DNA of 33,226 bases from a virus (IMGVR_UViG_3300014208_000020:1-33226); one strand, 5' to 3'. Positions 9,118 to 19,242 are shown, counted from the first letter of the stretch. A program made the numbers and translations. The notes: generated by a model from the letters alone, not told the origin.

Positions 9118-9837
9118 ATGTCTCATTTTCAAAAACATCTTAACAAATACTATAAACTTGAAAAACAAGCAATTAATTTAAAAAGAAGAATTAATGAATT
9201 GTATGACATATCCTACACAGAGGAAGTTCCTATCGAAGTTCCGTATCATAGCGGATATTATTTTGAACTTGCCATAAAACAAAACATAAAAATAAAAGAA
9301 AAAAATAGAGCAAAAGTAAATTGGATTCTTGAAAACTCAAAAAAACTTTGGTATAAAGAAAAAAATCCAAGTTCATTGGAATATTATGATGTTTGTTTAG
9401 ATAAAACAATTGAAAAATTTGGTGGTAGTAGAAACTTTTTTCCAATCCTCACAGAAAGAAGTTATGAAAAAGTTCCTAGAGAATTAAAAAGTGATTTTCC
9501 TTTATTTTCTTTTCTTGACAAAGATTCCTTATTTAATCAAGAAATTAAATTTAATACGTGGAGTGGTGAAAAATATAATATGTTTTACATAACTCACGAA
9601 TTTAAAAAAATGTTTTATTTAAAAAGAAGTAAGAGAATAATTACTCATAGAAAAATAATCTTTGGCGAATTTGAAAGCGAAGAAAAAAAAATAAATGATA
9701 AACTATATAATGACGGATTTTACACAAGATTTGCCCCAGATGGAAGAAGATGTTGGGAATATGATTGGCATATTAGAGGAATTAACAAAAGGGACAACAA
9801 AAGGTTTTTTCCAGAAGAAGTTGATGAAGAGTTTTAA
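9118..9837 (+). CDS. hypothetical protein
   Basis: SD AAGGGAG, 239-aa ORF. Confidence 0.75.
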   Translation: MSHFQKHLNKYYKLEKQAINLKRRINELYDISYTEEVPIEVPYHSGYYFELAIKQNIKIKEKNRAKVNWILENSKKLWYKEKNPSSLEYYDVCLDKTIEKFGGSRNFFPILTERSYEKVPRELKSDFPLFSFLDKDSLFNQEIKFNTWSGEKYNMFYITHEFKKMFYLKRSKRIITHRKIIFGEFESEEKKINDKLYNDGFYTRFAPDGRRCWEYDWHIRGINKRDNKRFFPEEVDEEF

Positions 9838-9873
9838 TTATTTTTAATGTATAACTAAGTAAAGGAAAATAAA

Positions 9874-10119
9874 ATGAATAAAATAATTATTGAAACAGAC
9901 AGGTTTAAAAATAAATTCTGGACCTTGGATAACAAACTTCACCGAGTTGATGGACCAGCCGTTGAATATACTGATGGACATAAAGAGTGGTGGTTGGATG
10001 GAAAACTTCATCGAATTGATGGACCAGCTGTTGAATATGCTGACGGAAGAAAATATTGGTATTTGAGCGGTGTTAAAATTCAAGAAAAAGATTTTGTAAT
10101 TAATAAGAAAGGTCAATAA
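9874..10119 (+). CDS. LHRxDGPAxE repeat protein (2 repeats)
   Basis: 22-aa repeats; paralog of 32826-33215. Confidence 0.8.
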   Translation: MNKIIIETDRFKNKFWTLDNKLHRVDGPAVEYTDGHKEWWLDGKLHRIDGPAVEYADGRKYWYLSGVKIQEKDFVINKKGQ

Positions 10120-10145
10120 TTATTCACTTTCAAAAAGGAATAATG

Positions 10146-10174
10146 TTGACAAAAAAAATTTTTTAGAGTATAAT
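10146..10174 (+). promoter_or_regulatory. repeated sigma70 promoter
   Basis: TTGACA-N17-TATAAT. Confidence 0.9.
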
Positions 10175-10203
10175 TAGTGTATGATATTAAGGAGGAGATA
10201 AAA

Positions 10204-10404
10204 ATGAAGATAGTTTGGGCTATCGTATTAAACATAATCATGTTGATTTTGTTAATTTCAGTCGTGGGTCCTTTGGCAATAAATTTGTTGCCAAGTGGTA
10301 GTGGTTTTTTTGTTCTGCCGGTTCTTTTGGTATTACAGGTTCAATTGAATTTGTTTATATTTAAAAAAGAAATCAATAATTTGATTAAGAAAATTAAGGA
10401 GTAA
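10204..10404 (+). CDS. small membrane protein (2 hydrophobic segments)
   Basis: AGGAGG SD; upstream of SPFH gene. Confidence 0.7.
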   Translation: MKIVWAIVLNIIMLILLISVVGPLAINLLPSGSGFFVLPVLLVLQVQLNLFIFKKEINNLIKKIKE

Positions 10405-10406
10405 AG

Positions 10407-11258
10407 ATGAAAAAATTTTTTGTGATGATGATGGCGATTGCCTCTCTTTTTGTTTTTGTTGGATGTAATTCATATCCTGTCCCTGCTGGACAGGTTGGTA
10501 TTATTGTGGATCTTTATGGTGGAAGTAATGGAATTCAAAATCAAGTGGTTACTGTTGGTAGATACACTCTTGGTTGGAATCAAGAACTTCATCTCTACCC
10601 TACTTATAAAATTCAATATGCTTTTACTCAATCAACTGGTGAAGGTGATCCTGATGATGAGGCAGTTTATTTTCAAAATAAAGATGGAGTAAAAACAAAT
10701 GGAGATTTTGCTGTTCAAGTACAAGTAAGGCCCGATGCTGATAGTATTATTAAACTTTTTACTACTTACAGAGAATCGGTTGATAAAGTTGTTCATACAC
10801 AAGTAAGAAACCGGCTTCGTGATTATATAAATCTTTATGCTTCAAGTATGTCAGTTGAAGAACTTTATGGCCCAGAAAAAATGGTTATGGTTGAAAAAGT
10901 TCAAAAGGCATTGAATGAAGAATTTTATCCACAAGGACTAGAAATTATTACCGTTTCGATTCTTGGAAATATGCGCTTTGATCCTCTTGTGGAAGCAGCA
11001 ATCACAGCTAAAATTACAGCAACACAGAAAACACTTCAAAGAGATAACGAAGTGGCACAAACAGAAGCAGAAGCGAAAATTAAAATTGCCCAAGCTCGTG
11101 GAGAATCTGAATCAAATAGATTGCTTGCTATGTCTTTAACTCCACAAATGGTTGAATGGCAGAGAGTTCAAAATGAAAAACTAGCAATTGAAAGATGGAA
11201 TGGTACTTTACCAACCACAACTGCTGGTGGAAGTATTCCTTTTATTAATATCAAATAA
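10407..11258 (+). CDS. SPFH/Band 7 family protein, possible lipoprotein
   Basis: FVGC lipobox-like, VPAGQVGI, AEAKIKIAQARGE coiled coil, IERWNGTLP. Confidence 0.88.
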   Translation: MKKFFVMMMAIASLFVFVGCNSYPVPAGQVGIIVDLYGGSNGIQNQVVTVGRYTLGWNQELHLYPTYKIQYAFTQSTGEGDPDDEAVYFQNKDGVKTNGDFAVQVQVRPDADSIIKLFTTYRESVDKVVHTQVRNRLRDYINLYASSMSVEELYGPEKMVMVEKVQKALNEEFYPQGLEIITVSILGNMRFDPLVEAAITAKITATQKTLQRDNEVAQTEAEAKIKIAQARGESESNRLLAMSLTPQMVEWQRVQNEKLAIERWNGTLPTTTAGGSIPFINIK

Positions 11259-11353
11259 ATCAGAGGACTGCCCCTTATAGGGGTAGTAATGAGCCAATGT
11301 TCCGTTCCAAGTCGGAAAAATAATTTAACTATAATTAAATAAAGGAAAATAAA

Positions 11354-11776
11354 ATGATCAAGTTTCCAAAAAACAAAAAGATTTATATGGAAAAAAACGG
11401 TAGTAAGGATGGTATTTTTATTACCTGTATATTAAAAGAAGACAAATTGCTTCTTTGTTCAAAATCTTTTGATAGAAATGTTGTTGATATAAGAGATTTT
11501 TTCGAACTAACATTAGAAGAAGCAGATGAACAATATAATCTCGGAAACCCTTTTGAACCAAACTGTATTGACAAAAGAAGCGTTTGGGAAATTGTAAATC
11601 AAGAAGGTTCATTACTTGGGTGTGATTCTGTTTGTGAAAAATATGGAATTGATTTGCCCTATAAATCAATTAGATATAATATGTTGTATGTTTTTCTTTG
11701 TTGGTATTCAGCCAGTATTTTAGGAAGACGTTTAGGAAGATGGATGAATAGGAGGTTGAAAAATGAAACTTATTAA
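11354..11776 (+). CDS. hypothetical protein
   Basis: AAGGA SD, ORF. Confidence 0.65.
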   Translation: MIKFPKNKKIYMEKNGSKDGIFITCILKEDKLLLCSKSFDRNVVDIRDFFELTLEEADEQYNLGNPFEPNCIDKRSVWEIVNQEGSLLGCDSVCEKYGIDLPYKSIRYNMLYVFLCWYSASILGRRLGRWMNRRLKNETY

Positions 11777-11966
11777 GTTTAAAAAATGCTTAATTTGGAC
11801 TGGGATAAAAACTACTATAGAATTAAGACGCACTTGGATGATAGGGGTGGCAATAGAATGTTTTATTTCTTTTGAATATAAAGCATTAGTTCTAATTCTG
11901 CCTTTTGTAAGTTTAACAATCGAAAATTATAACGAGGATAAAAAAAATGAAAAAAAAGAAACTTAG
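11763..11966 (+). CDS. hypothetical protein
   Basis: GGAGG SD. Confidence 0.55.
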   Translation: MKLIKFKKCLIWTGIKTTIELRRTWMIGVAIECFISFEYKALVLILPFVSLTIENYNEDKKNEKKET

Positions 11967-12105
11967 GTTTATTATTTTAAGAAAAATATCTGATGAAAAA
12001 GCTGTTCAGTGTGAAACAGGAATAACAGATTCTAAATTTTATAAATCAATTGGGAAAGAAGAAGCCCTAGAAGAATTATTGAAGGAGATAGAAGAAGATG
12101 AATAA
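11947..12105 (+). CDS. small hypothetical protein (52 aa)
   Basis: GAGGA SD; fills the gap before the ligase. Confidence 0.45.
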   Translation: MKKKKLRFIILRKISDEKAVQCETGITDSKFYKSIGKEEALEELLKEIEEDE

Positions 12106-13396
12106 ACCAAAAAATGAAAATTACGCAGGGGTAGTTGTTGCACTTACATCAATCATTCCATTGGAAGGAATGAATAATGTTGTTCATGCAAATATCTTTG
12201 GAAATCTTGTTATTGTTGGGAAAGATTCCAAAGAAGGTGATGTTGGTATTTTCTTCCCGATAGAAACTCAATTGTCAAACAAATATCTTGAAGAAAACAA
12301 TCTTTACAGAAAGCAAGAACTTAATAAAGACAAAACTTTGAAAGGATATTTTGAAGAGAATGGACGAATTAGAGCAATGAAATTTGCTGGCAAGTTTAAG
12401 TCGATGGGACTTTTTATGCCACTTCCTTCTGTTTCTTTTGCTCTTTCTAAAAAAGAGGAATTGAAAGTTGGAGACATTTTTGACGAGATCAACGGGATGG
12501 AAATCTGTAAAAAATATTTCAATCCAAAAAATGAACCAAAAGGGCCAAACAAAACTAAACAAACAAAGCACAAAAAAGTTGAATCAAAACTTATTGAAAA
12601 ACAATGGAATTTTCATATTGATACTCCGCAACTGGGAAGAACAATTCATGATTTGTCTCCTGATGATTTATGTGATGTTAGCACTAAAATTCATGGAAGT
12701 TCTTGGATCAGCGGGAAAGTTCTTTGTAAAAGAAAACTTAACCTATTTGAAAAAGTTTTACACAAACTTGGTGTAAATATTAGAACAGAAGAATATGACT
12801 ATATCTGGTCAAGCCGTCGCGTTGTAAAAAACTTGAATATGGATGAAAAAATTCATTTTTACGGAGAAGATCTTTGGGGAATGGTTCATGAAAAAGTAAA
12901 AGGTTTTCTTGATGACGGAATTACTTTCTACGGAGAAGTGGTAGGACAACTGCCAAACGGAAAATGGATACAGAAAGATTATGATTATGGAACAAATCCT
13001 GGTGAGTTCGGTATTTATTTTTATAGAATTACCCACACAAATTCTGCTGGAAAAGTTTTTGAATGGAGTATGAAGCAAGTTAGAGATTTTTGTAAAATGA
13101 ATGGGTTGAATATAGTTCCTCAACTTTATTATGGAACTCTGGGAGATTGGTTAAATAAAAGAAATATTGAGTGGACGAAAGAAAATTTTCATGAAGTTCT
13201 TCTAAAATCACTACAAAATGAATATCTTGAAAAGGATTCTGTTCTTTGTAAAAACAAAGTCCCAGAAGAAGGGATTGTTTTGAGAAGAGAAAGTAGTGAA
13301 ATTGATGTAAAAAAATTAAAGGCATTCAGATTTTTTGAAGAAGAGGGAAAACAAATTGACAGCGGGGAAGTTGATATGGAAACAGAAGAGAGTTAA
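12098..13396 (+). CDS. RNA ligase, Rnl2/DRB0094-like
   Basis: motif I KIHGS, YGEVVG, EEGIVLR, KLK; N-terminal accessory domain. Confidence 0.82.
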   Translation: MNKPKNENYAGVVVALTSIIPLEGMNNVVHANIFGNLVIVGKDSKEGDVGIFFPIETQLSNKYLEENNLYRKQELNKDKTLKGYFEENGRIRAMKFAGKFKSMGLFMPLPSVSFALSKKEELKVGDIFDEINGMEICKKYFNPKNEPKGPNKTKQTKHKKVESKLIEKQWNFHIDTPQLGRTIHDLSPDDLCDVSTKIHGSSWISGKVLCKRKLNLFEKVLHKLGVNIRTEEYDYIWSSRRVVKNLNMDEKIHFYGEDLWGMVHEKVKGFLDDGITFYGEVVGQLPNGKWIQKDYDYGTNPGEFGIYFYRITHTNSAGKVFEWSMKQVRDFCKMNGLNIVPQLYYGTLGDWLNKRNIEWTKENFHEVLLKSLQNEYLEKDSVLCKNKVPEEGIVLRRESSEIDVKKLKAFRFFEEEGKQIDSGEVDMETEES

Positions 13397-13600
13397 ATGT
13401 TTGTAGAAAATAAGGTAAACAGATCACATAAACTAAAATGTTGCCAATGTAAAACAAATCTTCCAATGGGAACATCAGTTGTTTTTGAACTGGATGAAGA
13501 TTATCGTTTTGTTGCTGTTTATTGTTTAGGGTGCGTAAATAGCGACCCATACCTTTTTCTATCAACGTTAAATGAACATCCATACAATTTGGAGGATTAG
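13397..13600 (+). CDS. small Cys-rich (zinc-binding-like) protein
   Basis: CCQC...CLGC. Confidence 0.6.
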   Translation: MFVENKVNRSHKLKCCQCKTNLPMGTSVVFELDEDYRFVAVYCLGCVNSDPYLFLSTLNEHPYNLED

Positions 13601-13765
13601 ATGCTAAAAGAAGAAGATCACAAATGTTTTACTTGTAAAAAAACTTTCCCCGATTGTAATGCCAAAACAATCATTTGGGGAATTGATATTAATGACAAAT
13701 ATGAAAACACTAAGTTTTCCGATTTAGTTGTTGAGTGTAGTGAATATCAAGAAGTAGAAAAATGA
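13601..13765 (+). CDS. small Cys-containing hypothetical protein (54 aa)
   Basis: GGAGG SD, CxxC. Confidence 0.5.
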   Translation: MLKEEDHKCFTCKKTFPDCNAKTIIWGIDINDKYENTKFSDLVVECSEYQEVEK

Positions 13766-14037
13766 TAATCGGAAGTCATGCACAAAGTAGATTAAAAACA
13801 AGATATAATATTGAAAAAAATAGTTTTCTTGCGGAATACAGAAAAGCAATTCTTAATAAAAATTATTATACAAAAAAAGATGGCGAAAAAGAAGACACAA
13901 GTATTTTAATTTTTTCATCGGATAGAAAAACATTAAGAAAAGTAATCATTTCAAACACCACTGGTTTTATGGCAACCATATTACACGTCCAAAGTAAAGA
14001 CATTAAAGAAGCAATTGATAAAAAAATATTAGATTAA
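13762..14037 (+). CDS. hypothetical protein
   Basis: ATGA overlap; SHAQSRL start weakly resembles DUF4258/RelE-like folds. Confidence 0.6.
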   Translation: MIIGSHAQSRLKTRYNIEKNSFLAEYRKAILNKNYYTKKDGEKEDTSILIFSSDRKTLRKVIISNTTGFMATILHVQSKDIKEAIDKKILD

Positions 14038-14040
14038 CTA

Positions 14041-14069
14041 TTGACAAAAAAAGTTTTTTAATGTATAAT
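14041..14069 (+). promoter_or_regulatory. repeated sigma70 promoter
   Basis: TTGACA-N17-TATAAT. Confidence 0.9.
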
Positions 14070-14089
14070 ATTTATATAGGGGATTTAAA

Positions 14090-14596
14090 ATGAACGAAAA
14101 AGAACTTGAAAAAAAATATGAATTTTTTTTAAAAGAAGAAGAAAAAATAAAAAAAATTGAATTAGACAACAAAGTAAAAATTGTAATATTTATATATTCA
14201 ATTCTTATTTTTTTTGCTGCTATTATTGTTGTTTTTTTGCATCATTCTTTATTTTCTTTTTTTTGGAATATGCCACCAACAAAAGAAGAAGTTTTTTCTA
14301 CTGGTAGGGTTTTTTCAGTTATCTTTTCTCCTCTTATTTTAACGTCAGCAATACTTACAACTTTCTTCCCAATTTATTTTTTCTTTTCTACAATAAAAAA
14401 CACAAAAGAAAAAATTAAAGAAAGTTTAAAAATAAATATAGAAAAAAAAGAATTAAAATCCAAAACAGAAGAAAGAAAAGAATTTTTTAGATTTTATGAA
14501 CTTATGAAAGATGATGATTTTAGAAAAGGATATTTGGAAGCAAAAAATCCAGATAAAATACTTTCTGATAAAATAATGACAGCGGCACGAAAATGA
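14090..14596 (+). CDS. membrane protein (2 hydrophobic segments)
   Basis: hydrophobic stretches flanked by charged regions. Confidence 0.7.
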   Translation: MNEKELEKKYEFFLKEEEKIKKIELDNKVKIVIFIYSILIFFAAIIVVFLHHSLFSFFWNMPPTKEEVFSTGRVFSVIFSPLILTSAILTTFFPIYFFFSTIKNTKEKIKESLKINIEKKELKSKTEERKEFFRFYELMKDDDFRKGYLEAKNPDKILSDKIMTAARK

Positions 14597-14740
14597 TAAT
14601 AAATACTATCCGAGTCCAAAAAAACGTGGGATAACCACAAAAAAATTAGCAAGAAAATCTGCTAAGGGTGAGTTCTGGAAGGGTGTGAGAGCATAGGAAC
14701 TTTTTGGAAAAACATATAAATAAAGGAGGATAATAAAATC

Positions 14741-15907
14741 ATGTTTATAATTAATAGTTTATTAGATACAGATTTTTACAAATTAAATATGCTCCAACAT
14801 TTCTTTCTTAATAATTCTGATATTATTGGAAGATATGAATTTAAGTGTCGAAATAAAGGAATTGTTTGGACCGACAAAATGGTATCTGAAATAAAAAAAG
14901 AATTAAATCATCTGGAAAATCTTTCTTTTACAACAGATGAACTAACCTATCTAAAAAACACAAAACTTTACAAAGAAAGTTTCATTGAATTTCTTAGAGT
15001 TTTTAAATTTAACACAAAACATATAGCATTAAATTTAGTTGATGGAGAATTAAAAATTTCTGCAAAAGGGCCAATAATTTTTGTAAGTCCTTTGGAAATT
15101 CCAATTCTTGCAATTGTTAATGAAATTTATTTCAGAAATATGTTCCCAGATTTTGATTACTATAGAGCAACAATTAAACTTAATAATAAAGTAGAATTAG
15201 CACTAGAAAGTAAGATTAAATTTTCTGATTTTGGAACCAGAAGAAGATTTAGTCATGAGTGGCAAGATTTTGTTGTAAGAACTTTTGCCAAAAAACTTCC
15301 TAATGATATTTTTACTGGAACAAGCAATCCCTATTTTGCTATGAAATATAATATTCTTCCAATAGGAACTATGGCACATGAATATGTTCAACTTTTTCAA
15401 GCGCTTCCTAATGTTTCTCTTATTGATAGCCAAAAAACTGCTTTTCAAGAATGGGCAGAACTTTACAGAGGAAATCTTGGAATTGCTTTAAGTGATACTC
15501 TTGGAATTAAAAAGTTTTTAAAAGATTTTGATGGATATTTTGTTCGACTTTATGATGGAGTTCGTCATGATAGTGGAGACCCATTTGTCTGGGGAAGCGC
15601 TATGATTACTCACTATGAAAAGTTTGGTATAGACCCAAAAACAAAAAGATTAGTATTTAGCGATGGACTTGATTTTGAACTTGCTATAAGATTAAATAAT
15701 ACTTTTAAAGATAAAATAATGGTTGGTTTTGGAATTGGAACAAATCTAACTAATGATATGGGGAAAGATATTATTCCACTTCAGATTGTAATGAAACTTG
15801 TAGAAGTAAATGGAAAACCAGTTGCTAAAATTAGCGACACTCCTGCAAAGGGAATGTGTGAAGATGAAACATTTCTTTCTTATCTAAAAAAAATAATCGA
15901 GGATTAA
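14741..15907 (+). CDS. pncB: nicotinate phosphoribosyltransferase
   Basis: SLLDTDFYK, DFGTRRR, GTSN, GTMAHE, RHDSGDP, FSDGLD, GIGTNL, KISD. Confidence 0.93.
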   Translation: MFIINSLLDTDFYKLNMLQHFFLNNSDIIGRYEFKCRNKGIVWTDKMVSEIKKELNHLENLSFTTDELTYLKNTKLYKESFIEFLRVFKFNTKHIALNLVDGELKISAKGPIIFVSPLEIPILAIVNEIYFRNMFPDFDYYRATIKLNNKVELALESKIKFSDFGTRRRFSHEWQDFVVRTFAKKLPNDIFTGTSNPYFAMKYNILPIGTMAHEYVQLFQALPNVSLIDSQKTAFQEWAELYRGNLGIALSDTLGIKKFLKDFDGYFVRLYDGVRHDSGDPFVWGSAMITHYEKFGIDPKTKRLVFSDGLDFELAIRLNNTFKDKIMVGFGIGTNLTNDMGKDIIPLQIVMKLVEVNGKPVAKISDTPAKGMCEDETFLSYLKKIIED

Positions 15908-15908
15908 T

Positions 15909-16217
15909 ATGAATAAAGTTTTTAAAGTAAAATGTCTCACAGTAGAAGAAATAAGAAAAAAGTTTTCACAAGAAATAATAGTCAAACATCATGACGAAAA
16001 TTGTGAACTATTTTGTGTTGAAAACTATTATTTAAGAACTAAATCTACTGATTATTTCTTTGTGCAAGAGTTTGACGGTCCCGGTTTCAAAGATGGTAAA
16101 TACTATAATATAGATTTAGTAGAAAATTATGGTTTAGAAAAACCATACTCTAGTTATATACCAAAGGATTATGTTGTTCCTTTTAGTAGACGAATTTTTC
16201 TTTTTGAGGATGATTGA
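15909..16217 (+). CDS. small protein with C-terminal tag (SRRIFLFEDD)
   Basis: shared tag; N-terminus resembles 17025 ORF. Confidence 0.8.
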   Translation: MNKVFKVKCLTVEEIRKKFSQEIIVKHHDENCELFCVENYYLRTKSTDYFFVQEFDGPGFKDGKYYNIDLVENYGLEKPYSSYIPKDYVVPFSRRIFLFEDD

Positions 16218-16218
16218 T

Positions 16219-16506
16219 ATGATATTTAAACAAGTTGGTGAAAGTTTAACATTTAGAAAAGAAATAAATCTTGAAGAATTTGAAAGATTAACTTATAAAT
16301 ATTTCCCAAACATAACTTTTATTGCAGTCGATAGTTATCGGAAGGAAGTAAATAAATTTTTAGGGAAAACCATCACTGTTGAAAAAATCTACAAGCGTAA
16401 TGGGAAAGAAGAATTTTATTCATTTAAAGAATCTTCTCATGTTATTATTCCAGAGTTTTTTAGAGAGCATGGTTCAAAACGAATTTTTCTTTTTGAGGAT
16501 GATTAG
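16219..16506 (+). CDS. small protein with C-terminal tag (SKRIFLFEDD)
   Basis: SD GAGGA from the upstream tag; resembles 16722 and 26893 ORFs. Confidence 0.8.
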   Translation: MIFKQVGESLTFRKEINLEEFERLTYKYFPNITFIAVDSYRKEVNKFLGKTITVEKIYKRNGKEEFYSFKESSHVIIPEFFREHGSKRIFLFEDD

Positions 16507-16710
16507 TTGAATAAAGATATAGAATTTATTAGCGTTGATTTTTCTTCACCAAAAGCATCTTCTATGTTTAGAATAGAACACGTTCCCTTTACGGGTTGGT
16601 GTCTTATTAATTTATCAGACATGACAGAAGACGAAAAAATGGAACAACTAGCAGACATTATTTATTATAATATGCCAGAAGAAAAAAAGAAAATGTTTTT
16701 AATGTTATAA
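16507..16710 (+). CDS. hypothetical protein
   Basis: TTG start after GAGGA. Confidence 0.55.
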   Translation: MNKDIEFISVDFSSPKASSMFRIEHVPFTGWCLINLSDMTEDEKMEQLADIIYYNMPEEKKKMFLML

Positions 16711-16721
16711 AGGGAGATAAA

Positions 16722-17024
16722 ATGAAACTGAAAGAAATCGGAGATACAATAACTTTTAGAAGTGATTTAACGTTAGAAAAAATACATGAAATCGACAAAA
16801 AATGTTTTGGAGCAGAAATAAAATACCCAAGAGGAACTATTGATATTTTGTGGGATAATGAAATCCTTTCCAGATTAGGAACAAAAAATGTTATTTCAGA
16901 TATTTATGAAGAAGAAGGACCTCATAAACCTTGTTATGGTTTTGAAGGGGTTAGTTTAAAATTTCCTTATTTACTTTTTAAAGAACATTATTCACAACAA
17001 ATAATTCTTTTTGAGGATGATTAA
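16722..17024 (+). CDS. small protein with C-terminal tag (SQQIILFEDD)
   Basis: N-terminus KEIGDTITFR; shared tag. Confidence 0.8.
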   Translation: MKLKEIGDTITFRSDLTLEKIHEIDKKCFGAEIKYPRGTIDILWDNEILSRLGTKNVISDIYEEEGPHKPCYGFEGVSLKFPYLLFKEHYSQQIILFEDD

Positions 17025-17330
17025 ATGATTAAAACGTTTAAAGTAAAACTATTAAAAAGTTATGAAATAAAACAAAGATTATCAGAAGAAAGGTTAAATT
17101 TTTTAAAAGAAAATGAGTGTTCTTTAAGATCAATAATTAATCGTGATGATAGAGAAGTAATTTTTCACGTGAGCGAATTCGGAGAAAGCAATAAAAAAAG
17201 TAAAGATTTTTATAATGTAGAATATACCTACATTGAATTCAGCGACGAGAATCATCCTTTCAGATTTTATGTCCCAAAAGAATTTGTTACTAAACTGTCA
17301 GGGCGAATAGAAATTAATTTTGATGATTAG
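17025..17330 (+). CDS. small protein with tag variant (SGRIEINFDD)
   Basis: similar to 15909 ORF (FKVK.L...EI; YxPKxxV). Confidence 0.75.
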   Translation: MIKTFKVKLLKSYEIKQRLSEERLNFLKENECSLRSIINRDDREVIFHVSEFGESNKKSKDFYNVEYTYIEFSDENHPFRFYVPKEFVTKLSGRIEINFDD

Positions 17331-17399
17331 GAGAGTAGTATGAAAATAAAAATCGTGAGTTGTGGTTGCTTTATGTAAAGATAATAACAGAGGTGCTTT

Positions 17400-18233
17400 A
17401 TGTTATTATCTATAATAAAATTAAATAAGTTAAATATTCCAATAATTGTTCAAGAGGTTGCATTAGAATGTGATTTATGTAAAAAAAAATGGATAATTAA
17501 AGATATAAGAACTTTTTTAAAACAAGAAAAACAAGGAATTCATAAATGTTTTAATTGTTCAAGATCAAAATGGCAAAAAGGTAGAAGACACTCAGAAGAA
17601 ACGATAAAGAAAATGTCCGATAAAAAAAAAGGGAAAAAAAATATTTTATCAGAAGAGGCACGAAAAAGGGCATCAGATCGCACTAGGAAATATAATTTTT
17701 TAACAAAAGGTAAAACACTAGAAGAAAGATTAGGGAAAGAAAAGTCAGACATTTTAAGAAAAAAAAGAAGTGAAAATGTAAAAGGTGATAAAAATCCAAT
17801 GTTTGGAAAACCAGCTCCTATTGGCTCTGGAGCAAGTAAACAAGGGTGGTATAAAAATATTTATTTTCGATCAATTTTGGAACTTTCTTTTATCATAAAT
17901 TATTTGGAAAAAAATAACATTGAATATATCAATTGTGATCAAAACATAGATTTTAGAATTAAATATTTAATAGATGAAAAAGAAAGAAATTATTTTCCAG
18001 ATTTTTTTCTTGTGAAAGAAAAAATTTTAATAGAAATAAAACCACTTTATTGGAAAGAAAATTGTAATATTGTTAAATTAAAAGAAAAATTTGCTATATT
18101 GTGGTGTTATGAAAAAAAATATAAATATAAACTTTATACTGAAATGGATTTTGATAGATTAAACAAACATGAATTGTCTAATTTAGAAAACTCTGGAATG
18201 TTAAAGTTTAGGAGGGTGAAAAAATCGTTATAA
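17400..18233 (+). CDS. free-standing homing endonuclease, NUMOD3 plus PD-(D/E)XK (TnsA-like)
   Basis: KGRRHSEETIKKMS, KNPMFGK, YFRSILE, YFPDF, LIEIKP. Confidence 0.8.
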   Translation: MLLSIIKLNKLNIPIIVQEVALECDLCKKKWIIKDIRTFLKQEKQGIHKCFNCSRSKWQKGRRHSEETIKKMSDKKKGKKNILSEEARKRASDRTRKYNFLTKGKTLEERLGKEKSDILRKKRSENVKGDKNPMFGKPAPIGSGASKQGWYKNIYFRSILELSFIINYLEKNNIEYINCDQNIDFRIKYLIDEKERNYFPDFFLVKEKILIEIKPLYWKENCNIVKLKEKFAILWCYEKKYKYKLYTEMDFDRLNKHELSNLENSGMLKFRRVKKSL

Positions 18234-18238
18234 AAATT

Positions 18239-19213
18239 GTGAGTTGTGGTAATGCCTTTTCTCGTGTAAATGGCAATCAGTCATTTCTTCTTGAAGAAGA
18301 TGGGAGAAAACTTCTTATAGATGCTGGAACAAGAGTCCCGGCGTTTCTTGACAAAATAGGTATAAAAATATCTGACATTGACGATATTTATATCAGCCAC
18401 CAACACGCTGATCACATTGGAAGTTTAGAAGAATTTGCTTTTCTTCGTTATGATTGGGTAACAAAACCAACTCATTACAAAGATTTTAAATACGGGAAAG
18501 CTCCTAGATTAATTGCTAATGAAGTTCTTATGGATGAACTTTGGAATGAAAGTTTGAAGGGTGGATTAAAATCAATGGAAGGATTTGATAGTAGTTTAGA
18601 AACATTCTTTGAAACAGTTCGTATCCCATCAAATGGGAAATTTGAATGGCAGGGATGGAATGTAAATCTTATACAACAAATCCACGTGATGACTGGGAAT
18701 AGAATTATGCCCACCTATGGACTTCTCTTTAAAAAAGAAGGACACAAAACTGTTTATTTTACAACCGACACACAACATTGTTCTCCAAAACAAGTAGAAA
18801 TATTTTACAAACAGGCAGACATAATCTTTCAGGATTGTGAAACCGCTGGTGTTGATATGTCTTTCAAAGAAGGTTTTGAAGTATATAAAAACGAAGAAGG
18901 AAAAATATTACCTTGGCCTGTTGATGGAATGGAACTTATGGAATTAATAGTAAAAGGAATTGAACCATTTCCGTTTGAAAGATTTAAATTTGGTTCTGGA
19001 GTTCATGCAAACTGGGCACAAATTTCAGGTTATCCTTCTGCTAATTCAATTCGTCTTCCTAAAGAAACAAAGGCAAAAATGTGGCTTTCACATTATCAAG
19101 ATTTTGTAAATGAAAACAAGGATTTTAAGGGGAATTATTGCAACTGGGAAGAAGAAGCAAAAGAAGAAGGATTTGCTGGGTTTGTAAAAGTAGGAATGGA
19201 ATTTGAAGTTTAA
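18239..19213 (+). CDS. metallo-beta-lactamase-fold hydrolase (RNase Z/phosphodiesterase-like); true start uncertain
   Basis: LLIDAG, SHQHADH, TTDT, QDCE, VH, LSHY. Confidence 0.85.
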   Translation: MSCGNAFSRVNGNQSFLLEEDGRKLLIDAGTRVPAFLDKIGIKISDIDDIYISHQHADHIGSLEEFAFLRYDWVTKPTHYKDFKYGKAPRLIANEVLMDELWNESLKGGLKSMEGFDSSLETFFETVRIPSNGKFEWQGWNVNLIQQIHVMTGNRIMPTYGLLFKKEGHKTVYFTTDTQHCSPKQVEIFYKQADIIFQDCETAGVDMSFKEGFEVYKNEEGKILPWPVDGMELMELIVKGIEPFPFERFKFGSGVHANWAQISGYPSANSIRLPKETKAKMWLSHYQDFVNENKDFKGNYCNWEEEAKEEGFAGFVKVGMEFEV

Positions 19214-19242
19214 AGAGTAATTATTTTGAAAATGATTAACTA

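Noticed and set aside
17367-18250. Group I intron in the MBL gene
   Set aside because: No ribozyme core, no room outside the ORF, and the duplication cannot give U|...G| boundaries.
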